Part shown: positions 17,427-25,522 of the stretch, one piece after another | Position numbering within the stretch: the first letter of the stretch is position 1 | How the letters are laid out: the number at the start of each line of letters is the position of its first letter | IMG/VR virus record: IMGVR_UViG_3300044616_000248 | Span: 1-29,589 of that record | Source of the DNA: a virus | Taxonomy: Duplodnaviria > Caudoviricetes | Length of the DNA: 29,589 bases | Reading direction: 5' to 3' (one strand) | Translations under genes and position numbers: made by a program | Notes under the pieces: model-generated | Told to the model about the DNA's origin: nothing | The model's database searches: none | Seen by the model: the letters and a program-made list of their open reading frames with translations, nothing else

Positions 17427-17457
17427 TTTGGAAGTTTTAAAAACTTTCACTATATTA
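17427..17457 (+). promoter_or_regulatory. putative promoter TTTG-N20-TATATTA
   Basis: Intergenic, upstream of ATG 17490. Spacer holds the inverted repeat AAGTTTT-A-AAAACTT. Confidence 0.6.
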
Positions 17458-17489
17458 TAGTATATATTTATTAATTAAAACTTAAAAAA

Positions 17490-19184
17490 ATGGCTTATTT
17501 TAATCACGCTTTTGAAAAAGCATTCTTAGGCACTGGTGTAACCCGTCAAACGGGTTCTGAAGATCCAGATGCACTACCAAATTTTACAGCTTCTTTGCTT
17601 AATGGTACAACATTAACCGTACAAACAGCTGGTGGATTTGTAACTACCAATAATGTACCTACGTATGTTCTTAACCAATTGAAAGCAGATGCTCCATCTA
17701 CTTATACTGATGGTTACTTTGGTATTTTTGATCCAAAGCAGAACGTAACAATTACTCCAGAGAACTGTTGTAATATTTACCTTGCTGGTTCTGCAATTTA
17801 TGAAAATGACAAAATTGGTCCTTTGGCAGGTGGTTATCAAGAGACTAACAAGTCTAAAATGATCAACCCTAAGTATGTATCACGTTTCTATTCTGTAGCT
17901 CCATGTTCTCCACAGAATAATGTAATCCACGTAGGTTCTACTTACTGGACTACAGGTGGTGGTGTATTAACTGGATCTATTACAACTCCAGGTGTAGGAT
18001 ATGCTCCTAACTCTGCTACTGCAGTAGGTGCTGAAACTTTAACTGTAACAGGTACTGGTACTGGTCTTGTTCTTGCTATTACAGTTGCTGCGGGTGTACC
18101 AACTGTAACTGGTATTGTTAATCCTGGTAAAGGTTATGAAATAGGTGATACAGTAACTATTGTTTCTCCTACAGGAACTCCAGGTACTCTTGCAGTTTAC
18201 ACAATTGCAACTGTAACCGATGCTCATCCACAAACTGGTTGTGGTACTGTAGCTGAGTGCTGCAAAGAATTCTTATGTGGTGAAACTTACTACCTCCGTT
18301 TGGATGTTAAAGGTTCTCCTGCATTACGCTTCTTAAACCACAATGCTTATGCAACTGTTGATGCATATACAGGATGTTGTGCACCAGATGCTATTTCTCC
18401 AACTCCAGTAGATTCTACTCTTGTAATGATTGCATGGGCTAATGGAATTATAAATAATCCAATTATTTCTCCATTTATTCAACCAGTAGTACAAGCTGAA
18501 GATGGTACTCTTTGGTATGCTCCAGGAACTTCTGCTGCTTTCTTAGCTGCAAATGGTGCTGATACTTGGAATAACTATGTATCTACTGGTCATACTGAAG
18601 ATGCTTGTGCAGGTTTAATCTTAAATGGTGCTTATGTTGACACTAGATTTGGTGATTGTACATTCCAAGTTTCTGACTTCTATGAAAAAGAGCCAGTTAA
18701 ACTTTACGCATCTGAAGTAGATTACAATGGTGAACCATGTTTATTTACTACACTTTGTGTTGTAACAGAATGTGCTGGTCTTCAAGTACAAGGTCTTGGT
18801 GAAACAGTTCTTAGAGAGTTGAAACTGTCAGAATCTTACAGACAAAACTTCTTAGCTACTGATTTCCGTATCCGTGAAATTACTCAGGGTGACCAAATTG
18901 TTACTTCAGTAGATCGCGGTGCATTATACTACAGATATGTACTTATTCATAATGTACCACGTTTTAATAACCCAACTGGTGTATTTGATAATGATCAATA
19001 TGCATTAACTGTTTATTCACAAAGCCCATTATTTACATTTGAACTAGCAATTGGTAGTTGGTTAGAAGGTTGTGATAATGGATGTAACATTGAAGAGTTT
19101 ACTTGTGAGACAGATTGTGCATCTTTAACTGCATTCCCTGCACTTCCAGTGTACAACCCTTACAATGTAGTTTCTTGTAACTAA
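17490..19184 (+). CDS. abundant virion structural protein (auxiliary capsid/decoration-like)
   Basis: 564 aa with its own promoter-like element and terminator. MAYFNHAF N-terminus and Thr/Gly-rich beta insert. Specific role inferred. Confidence 0.6.
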   Translation: MAYFNHAFEKAFLGTGVTRQTGSEDPDALPNFTASLLNGTTLTVQTAGGFVTTNNVPTYVLNQLKADAPSTYTDGYFGIFDPKQNVTITPENCCNIYLAGSAIYENDKIGPLAGGYQETNKSKMINPKYVSRFYSVAPCSPQNNVIHVGSTYWTTGGGVLTGSITTPGVGYAPNSATAVGAETLTVTGTGTGLVLAITVAAGVPTVTGIVNPGKGYEIGDTVTIVSPTGTPGTLAVYTIATVTDAHPQTGCGTVAECCKEFLCGETYYLRLDVKGSPALRFLNHNAYATVDAYTGCCAPDAISPTPVDSTLVMIAWANGIINNPIISPFIQPVVQAEDGTLWYAPGTSAAFLAANGADTWNNYVSTGHTEDACAGLILNGAYVDTRFGDCTFQVSDFYEKEPVKLYASEVDYNGEPCLFTTLCVVTECAGLQVQGLGETVLRELKLSESYRQNFLATDFRIREITQGDQIVTSVDRGALYYRYVLIHNVPRFNNPTGVFDNDQYALTVYSQSPLFTFELAIGSWLEGCDNGCNIEEFTCETDCASLTAFPALPVYNPYNVVSCN

Positions 19185-19208
19185 GAAAGTAACAGAAAAT
19201 AAAAATCT

Positions 19209-19246
19209 AAAGGGGAGAAGAGTTACAAACTCCTATCCCCTTTTTT
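19209..19246 (+). terminator. Rho-independent terminator
   Basis: AAAGGGGAGAAGAGTT-ACA-AACTCCTATCCCCTTT imperfect stem plus T-tract. Confidence 0.8.
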
Positions 19247-19257
19247 ATTAAATACCT

Positions 19258-19818
19258 ATGGCTAATCACGTATTAAGTTTAGAAGTTCCAACAGTTATGA
19301 ATACCTGTATCCTAAAGATTATGGACACTAGTGTATATTCTGATTTGTTGCCAGTAACATGTCCTACATTAAATGTAACTGTTCCTGGGTTTGCATACTC
19401 TGTTCAACTAGAAGGAACTCAGATGACAGAGTTTGTAGCAAGTGGACACATTACACTAACAGCTTGTAATCTTAATTTACAGACTACAAACTGTGGAACT
19501 CAGTATGCTAATTTACCAGATGGTATTTATGTAATTAAGTATAGTGTTTCTCCTAATGATCAGGTATTTGTAGAATACAATCATATGAGAATTAGTTATG
19601 CACTAAATAAGTATTATAATATTTTGTGTGAGGTGGATGCTAATGCATGTGAGCCGCCACTTAAAACAAAACAAAGACTTGAGCAACTTGGCTTAATCAA
19701 AATGTATTTAGAAGCTGCTAAAGCAAAAGTAGAATTTTGTCATGATCCTCAGAAAGGAATGACACTTTATAATTATGCTTTGAAGATGTTAAATAAACTA
19801 GATTGTGTAAATTGCTAA
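19258..19818 (+). CDS. putative tail/virion structural protein
   Basis: LPDGIYVIKYSVSPN motif, Cys-containing helical C-terminus, located in the structural block. Confidence 0.55.
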   Translation: MANHVLSLEVPTVMNTCILKIMDTSVYSDLLPVTCPTLNVTVPGFAYSVQLEGTQMTEFVASGHITLTACNLNLQTTNCGTQYANLPDGIYVIKYSVSPNDQVFVEYNHMRISYALNKYYNILCEVDANACEPPLKTKQRLEQLGLIKMYLEAAKAKVEFCHDPQKGMTLYNYALKMLNKLDCVNC

Positions 19819-19837
19819 AAATTTAAAACCAACAAAT

Positions 19838-20029
19838 ATGGCAAATTGTCCAAACTGTAAAAAAAAGTTATCATGCGGATGTCAGAAGAGAACAGCATCA
19901 GATGGTAAGACTGTATGTTCAGGATGTTTAAAAACATACGAAGCAGGATTAAAACAAAAGAAAACACTAGTAACAGTATCTCAGACAAATCAAGTTTGGG
20001 GAAAAGATAGATATAAAACAACTACATAA
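19838..20029 (+). CDS. small Zn-finger-like protein
   Basis: CPNC...CGC...CSGC. AAACCAACAAA leader and TAATG coupling to the next gene. Confidence 0.65.
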   Translation: MANCPNCKKKLSCGCQKRTASDGKTVCSGCLKTYEAGLKQKKTLVTVSQTNQVWGKDRYKTTT

Positions 20030-21921
20030 TGTCATTTCCACCACCTCCTCCTCCACCGCCCCCACCATTTTCTGCAGCATGGTATGGATTTGAACCCTGC
20101 TGTGGAGGAAACATTTTATACTTTAGATTTGACGGAACTACAGTTAATCCTGTAGAAGGTATTAATATCTATGACGGGCCAGCCGCTATTGGTTATGATC
20201 CTATAGATGATGTGTATGTACCATTAAGTAATCAGTGCTATAGAATATTTAGGGGGAATGCTGTAGATCCAATGAGCCCAATTGATGGGGGTAATTATAA
20301 TAATCTTGAAGTTGTACCAACAAATTTTGGTTCAAACTATACTTGGGATTCTACAACTACTTATGAAACTCCTTGTGGTGATGAAGTAATTACTTGTCCT
20401 ACATGTCAGCCAATAACTTATGATCTTTGGCCTTGTGATGAAACATTACTCCCTGTTACAACTGACACAGATTTATCTGCTTATGTAAATACTTTTGCTA
20501 CAATTCAAGTAGATGCAGACGGTGAATTTAATTGCTATTATGTATCTGTTTCTACTGATTCTACAAATTTAATTACAGTAATTGTAGATGGAGATGAACC
20601 ATGTAGTTGTAATTGTACATGCTATGAAATTATTGGTTCAGCTAAATTAAGATATGTAGACTGTGATGGAAATCCTCAAACCACAACAGTTAATGGATAT
20701 TGGAAAGAGTGCTCATTAGTATATCCAGTTACAAGCCCTGCACCAGGACCAAATCTTATTATTACAAATAATGGACTTTGTGTAGATGGTTTATGTCCAA
20801 GTCAATGTTTTGAACTTATAGACTGTGATGAAATTTTAGATCCAATTTATTCTACAGCTCAATCATTGTCTCCATTTGCAGTATTAGGACAAGTAGTTCA
20901 AATTGAAGGATATGATAATTGTTGGACAGTTGATAGTGTTGTAGAATGTGATTGTGCAATTAATGTAGTTGTACTACAAGCATATGATACATGTGAAGAA
21001 TGTAATCCTGCACCTAACTATTTGCTTACTAATTGTGATGATCAAACTACAATTATTTATACATCATCTAATCTCAGCGCATATGTTGATCAGGTTGTAG
21101 AATTAAATCCTGATTGTCCAGGTTGTTGGATTGTAAGTGAAATTAATGGACCAATTCCATCTGATGTACCAGTTTCAGTTTCAGTATCATATGATGATTG
21201 TGAAGCATGTAAGACTACATACTATGTACTTTCAGATTGTGCAGAAATTGAAGCTGACATAATTACATCAACAAATTTATCAGATTATATTGGTCAAACA
21301 ATTACTCTTGAATGGTGTCCTACAACATGTTGGACTGTAGCAGTATCTCCTACAAGTTTAAATGCAGGAGTTCTTGGAGATATAGCACAAGAATTTAATA
21401 CTTGTTTAGCATGTCTTACAAGTTTTCCTTGTATATGTTCAAGAATTAAAAATCATGATATAGTAGCACATAACTATGACTACTTAGATTGTGAAGGAAC
21501 TGTACAAACTATTACATTACTTTCAGGAGAAAGATCTGAAAGAATATGTATGGCACATTGGTTATCATCTTATCCTACAGATTATGTAGAATACTTTGGT
21601 AATTGTACTAATGGTGAATGTCCTCCGCAAATTTATCCAAAAAGAAATGTAGAACCAGGATATGTTACCCCAATCTGTAGTACAGAGAAATATGAAAAGA
21701 TAACATGTAAGGCTTCAGAAATATTATATAAGTCAGTTCTAGAACTTAGATATGGTATTAGTAATTGTTGTCCTGAAGAAAATGATAAATGGTTAGTTAA
21801 AAAACAATTAATTGATTTGCAAGCTTTAAGAGATCCATTATATGTATGTGAAGTTCCTGCATGTGGATGCGGTCAAACTACATGTGGTTGTAATACCTTA
21901 AACACTTGTAATTGTAATTAA
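20029..21921 (+). CDS. Cys-rich, acidic repeat-containing structural protein
   Basis: Poly-Pro N-terminus, four internal ~70-aa Cys repeats, Cys-rich C-terminus. Confidence 0.65.
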   Translation: MSFPPPPPPPPPPFSAAWYGFEPCCGGNILYFRFDGTTVNPVEGINIYDGPAAIGYDPIDDVYVPLSNQCYRIFRGNAVDPMSPIDGGNYNNLEVVPTNFGSNYTWDSTTTYETPCGDEVITCPTCQPITYDLWPCDETLLPVTTDTDLSAYVNTFATIQVDADGEFNCYYVSVSTDSTNLITVIVDGDEPCSCNCTCYEIIGSAKLRYVDCDGNPQTTTVNGYWKECSLVYPVTSPAPGPNLIITNNGLCVDGLCPSQCFELIDCDEILDPIYSTAQSLSPFAVLGQVVQIEGYDNCWTVDSVVECDCAINVVVLQAYDTCEECNPAPNYLLTNCDDQTTIIYTSSNLSAYVDQVVELNPDCPGCWIVSEINGPIPSDVPVSVSVSYDDCEACKTTYYVLSDCAEIEADIITSTNLSDYIGQTITLEWCPTTCWTVAVSPTSLNAGVLGDIAQEFNTCLACLTSFPCICSRIKNHDIVAHNYDYLDCEGTVQTITLLSGERSERICMAHWLSSYPTDYVEYFGNCTNGECPPQIYPKRNVEPGYVTPICSTEKYEKITCKASEILYKSVLELRYGISNCCPEENDKWLVKKQLIDLQALRDPLYVCEVPACGCGQTTCGCNTLNTCNCN

Positions 21922-21935
21922 TAATTAGTATATTA
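21905..21935 (+). promoter_or_regulatory. putative promoter CTTG-N20-TATATTA
   Basis: Exact spacing match to the other copies. Ends 5 nt before ATG 21941. Confidence 0.55.
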
Positions 21936-21940
21936 TAGAT

Positions 21941-23605
21941 ATGAAACCTTTGAACCTAGATAATAAACCTTGTAGTCCAATTTCCTCTAACTGTGTGATT
22001 TGGCAAGGACCAGATATCCCATGCATTAAGCTTTGCACAGGTGACACTGTATCAGATGTTGTTGGTAAATTGGCTACAGAATTATGTGCAGTTCTAGATA
22101 CATTAAATGTTACAAATTATGATTTGTCATGTTTTAATTTAACAGCATGTGGTCCAAATGATTTTCAAGCACTTATACAATTTTTAATTGAGCAGATTTG
22201 TGCATTACAAACTGAAGTAAATACACTTGCGGATCCAGCCACTAGTTCAATTGTAAATACAACTAAATCAACAGGAGCAGATACATTAGTTACTGTTGCA
22301 CCATGTTTTGTTGTAGGTACAACTACTGTAATGACTGTATCAGAATATGCTCAAGCAATTGGAACTAAAGTATGTTCAATAGTTTCTCAAATTTCTGCAA
22401 TTAACGCAAATATTAATAACTTAGATATAAGAGTTACTGCTCTTGAATCAGCACCTGCTCCTGTATTTACATTACCATCAATTCCTGTTGACTGTACACT
22501 TAGTGGTACTATTGTTTCTCCAGGGTCTTATGTAATTGATCAAGTTTTAAATGCTTTAATCAATGATGATACTTATGGTTACTGTGCATTAAAATCTGCA
22601 ACAGGAGAACCTGCAGCAATTACATCTGCAGTCCTTTCTCAATGTATTGCAGACACTGATTTATCATTAGAATTTGGAACGCAGTTTCAAGTTGCATATG
22701 CTGGCACATGGATTACATCTGCAAGTTTAAATACTGCAGCAGATGCAATTAATAATTTATGGATTGCACTTTGTGATGTATATAACTATGTAAGTACTTT
22801 TTCTATTACAGTTGCTGACACAGCAACTGTAAATTTAGATAATACAGGTAATGTTATTACAGCAAATATTACTGATACAGGTTGGGTAGATCTTCAAGGA
22901 TTTACATATTATTCAGGAGTAGATAAACCACAGTGTAGAAGAATTGGAAATCAAATTCATTTTAGAGGGACTGTATTTGTTCCATTAGAAAATCCATCAT
23001 CTCCAGGATCAGTAGTTGTATTAACATCTACTGGTGCATATAACTCTGTAGCAGGATGTACAACATGGAGTGGTGTTGGTGGATGTAGTATTAATGCTAA
23101 TGGTGCAATTTCATTTAATAATGGTGGATCTGTTATTCCACCTTCTGTTACAGCAGGAAATCTAGATAGCACATACTATAAAGCATGGGATGTAGCACTT
23201 AGAGCAATTGATGTAGACCCTACATATGGTACATGTTTAACATCTGCCATTAGAGTTTATATTACTTCAACAAAAGGACTTTCAGTTCAGCTTGTTCATG
23301 ATATTGAAATTACAACAACAAGAGGTGCTGGTGTTCAAGGTAACTCTCCTTTAAGATTAATTACTAGTAATGTAAGATCGGGGGAATACTTACCAAACTA
23401 TATTGCTGCTGCAACAGATATTCATAATGCGCCTTCTAATGCTAACTTTCCATTAGTATCTAATACATTTAATTTAACATGGCCATTTTCTTGTGATGCT
23501 GGTAATGAAAATCAAATTGGAGGATTTAACTTTTCAATTGATGGTTTAGTAGCTTATGTAGATCCATGTAATACTGAAACTGGATTCTCAACTGTTTGTC
23601 CATAA
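21941..23605 (+). CDS. putative tail fibre protein
   Basis: Cys-rich N-terminal module, coiled coil ISAINANINNLDIRVTALE, and DTGWVDL...RRIGNQIHFRG motif typical of fibre distal domains. Confidence 0.65.
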   Translation: MKPLNLDNKPCSPISSNCVIWQGPDIPCIKLCTGDTVSDVVGKLATELCAVLDTLNVTNYDLSCFNLTACGPNDFQALIQFLIEQICALQTEVNTLADPATSSIVNTTKSTGADTLVTVAPCFVVGTTTVMTVSEYAQAIGTKVCSIVSQISAINANINNLDIRVTALESAPAPVFTLPSIPVDCTLSGTIVSPGSYVIDQVLNALINDDTYGYCALKSATGEPAAITSAVLSQCIADTDLSLEFGTQFQVAYAGTWITSASLNTAADAINNLWIALCDVYNYVSTFSITVADTATVNLDNTGNVITANITDTGWVDLQGFTYYSGVDKPQCRRIGNQIHFRGTVFVPLENPSSPGSVVVLTSTGAYNSVAGCTTWSGVGGCSINANGAISFNNGGSVIPPSVTAGNLDSTYYKAWDVALRAIDVDPTYGTCLTSAIRVYITSTKGLSVQLVHDIEITTTRGAGVQGNSPLRLITSNVRSGEYLPNYIAAATDIHNAPSNANFPLVSNTFNLTWPFSCDAGNENQIGGFNFSIDGLVAYVDPCNTETGFSTVCP

Positions 23606-23617
23606 TACTAAAAAGAT

Positions 23618-24163
23618 ATGTCAATTAATAAATGTAAAAATTGTGGATGTGAAGATGGCTTAGTTACTCTTCCACCATGTCCTACACCAGGAGGTTGCCC
23701 AGATCCAGAACCATGTTCTGAAGTATTTGATGCACAGTGTATAGTATATACAGGTGCAGACATTGACTGTGGTGCTGATACTGTAGTACCTACTGATACT
23801 AATGTTGCTACAGCTTTAAATGATGTTGTAACATATTTCTGTCAAGAACTTAATCAACAGAAATTAAGATACATAAAAGAAATCAATACAAACTTTGATT
23901 TAACTACACTTACAATTACTCAAGCAGAATTAGCAGCATGTGGTATAACACCATCTTATTGTAGTTTAAGTGGGTCAGAGTATTCAGATTTTGTTATTAG
24001 TCTTTGGTATTTATCAGCTGGTGTTTGGAAACTTATTCAACCATATGAATCTCCAACAGAATTCTATGGTGTATCTGTAAATGATACAACAGGTTTAATT
24101 ACAATTGCAATCACTAGGCCTTCTGGTCCAACAACTAGATTAAGAGCAGTTTTAATATTCTAA
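23618..24163 (+). CDS. Cys-rich structural protein sharing its N-terminal module with the fibre gene
   Basis: PCSEVFDAQCIVYTGADIDC aligns by eye with PCSPISSNCVIWQGPDIPC of 21941. Confidence 0.6.
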   Translation: MSINKCKNCGCEDGLVTLPPCPTPGGCPDPEPCSEVFDAQCIVYTGADIDCGADTVVPTDTNVATALNDVVTYFCQELNQQKLRYIKEINTNFDLTTLTITQAELAACGITPSYCSLSGSEYSDFVISLWYLSAGVWKLIQPYESPTEFYGVSVNDTTGLITIAITRPSGPTTRLRAVLIF

Positions 24164-24166
24164 GAA

Positions 24167-24230
24167 GTTACAGTTTGTTGGTTTCTGTGACAACAAGGCA
24201 AAGCCCCTGCACTCGCGGGGGTTTTGTTTT
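24167..24230 (+). ncRNA. candidate 3'-UTR small RNA (seed-loop hairpin plus terminator)
   Basis: GTTACAG[TTTGTTGGTTT]CTGTGAC hairpin. The loop is complementary to AAACCAACAAA boxes at several start codons. Confidence 0.5.
24195..24230 (+). terminator. Rho-independent terminator
   Basis: CAAAGCCCCTGC-ACTC-GCGGGGGTTTTG stem (with G-U pairs) ending in T-tracts. Confidence 0.8.
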
Positions 24231-24239
24231 ATCACTATA

Positions 24240-24270
24240 TTTGCTAAAGTGAGTTATTTTTAGTATATTA
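24240..24270 (+). promoter_or_regulatory. putative promoter TTTG-N20-TATATTA
   Basis: Directly after the terminator and 11 nt before ATG 24282. Overlaps a TATATTTG (24236-24243). Confidence 0.6.
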
Positions 24271-24281
24271 ATCTATATAGT

Positions 24282-24863
24282 ATGAAAGATTTTAAAACCC
24301 CAGATCTTAAAGCTCCACGCTTTAGACCAAAGGTTCATAATATAGCAAACAAAAAGTTCTTTGATAGTTTTAGAAAGAAGTATCCAAAGTATAAAGACTT
24401 AAAGGATTCAGAGCTTAGAAAAATAATTAAATATTTTAATAAGCAGGCATATCATCTTGCGGTAGAAAACAGAGATGGTATACAACTGCCTGAGTCAGTA
24501 GGTTGGATATTTATTGGGACATGCCAAACAAGTGTAAAGAAAAATATTGATTTTGCAAAGTCAACAAAGTATGGAGTGACAGTAACAAATAAAAATTGGG
24601 AAACAGATGGTAAACTAGCTAAAATATTTTATACAAATTATGCTATTAAGCATAAGATGAAAAATAAAGAGTATTGGGGATTTACAGCTTGTAGAGATTT
24701 TAAAAGATTAGTATCTAAAACTTATCCTGAAAACTGGCCAATATATATAGTAGTTGACCCCCATCAAAAAATAAAACTAGACTATCAAAAAACTTATTAT
24801 AAAGACCTGTTACAAAAAAGAGAACAGGAGGCATTAAAAAATTATAATGACTTTGATCTATGA
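24282..24863 (+). CDS. IHF/HU-like protein of the crAss-like tail block
   Basis: LRKIIKYFNK...ENRDGIQLPESVGWIFIG pattern, basic, and in the position of crAss IHF-like genes before the tail tube genes. Confidence 0.55.
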   Translation: MKDFKTPDLKAPRFRPKVHNIANKKFFDSFRKKYPKYKDLKDSELRKIIKYFNKQAYHLAVENRDGIQLPESVGWIFIGTCQTSVKKNIDFAKSTKYGVTVTNKNWETDGKLAKIFYTNYAIKHKMKNKEYWGFTACRDFKRLVSKTYPENWPIYIVVDPHQKIKLDYQKTYYKDLLQKREQEALKNYNDFDL

Positions 24864-25522
24864 GTACAATTGGTGAATCAATATCTAGAGTTAGGAATGC
24901 TCTTAAAGCTGCTAAAGAAGATGCCTTCTTAACAGATAGGACTATCTTTTTTGCTATAACTAAATATGCTCAAACTCTTCTTAAGAGAGAAGACAATCAG
25001 TTTAAACTGATGAAGATGAGTTCTATATTTCAAGTGTTACCTTATCTTGAACTTATAGATGTTGATAAAGTTCAAGCAGGATGTGTTGGCGTACATTCAG
25101 GTTGTTACTTTAAAAGAACAAAAGATAAAGTACCAAGTATTTTAAATGGATCATTTGGACCAATTATACGTACAGTGTCTTCAATTGATGGAACTTTAGA
25201 ACTATATAGAACGGAGCCAGGTATTTGGCTTTCTATGACTAAGACAACAACTTTTAAGTATAATAAAAATTTGTACTTCTGGTACTTAGATGACTATTTG
25301 TACTTTCCTAATTTAGATTGGGAAGCTATAAGAATGGAAGCAATTTTTGATGGATATGTGGAGTCTTGTTCAAGTGATCCATGTGAACTAAAACAAAATA
25401 TGCCTTTAAATATTCCTGCATATTTATTTTCTGAAGTAGAACAATATACTGTCAAGGAACTAGCAATGAGTTTACAAATACCGCCTGATCAAGTTGATGA
25501 TGGTCAAAATATTCTTAGATAA
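24860..25522 (+). CDS. putative tail ring/adaptor protein
   Basis: Synteny, plus YFWYLDDYLYFPN and C-terminal P.D..DD motif. Confidence 0.6.
   Translation: MSTIGESISRVRNALKAAKEDAFLTDRTIFFAITKYAQTLLKREDNQFKLMKMSSIFQVLPYLELIDVDKVQAGCVGVHSGCYFKRTKDKVPSILNGSFGPIIRTVSSIDGTLELYRTEPGIWLSMTKTTTFKYNKNLYFWYLDDYLYFPNLDWEAIRMEAIFDGYVESCSSDPCELKQNMPLNIPAYLFSEVEQYTVKELAMSLQIPPDQVDDGQNILR

Noticed and set aside
3541-18233. Alternative-frame and minus-strand ORFs in the track (e.g. 3541-3804, 4091-4387, 8036-8326, 8643-8825, 9609-9848, 9875-11184 set, 12827-13162, 14864-15112, 16581-16772, 17613-18233)
   Set aside because: They lie within or across long, motif-bearing + strand genes and look like shadow ORFs from codon bias, with no independent motifs.
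24164-24235. Possible tRNA in the GC-richer intergenic segment
   Set aside because: No cloverleaf, T-loop GTTC or acceptor stem. Two independent hairpins explain it better.
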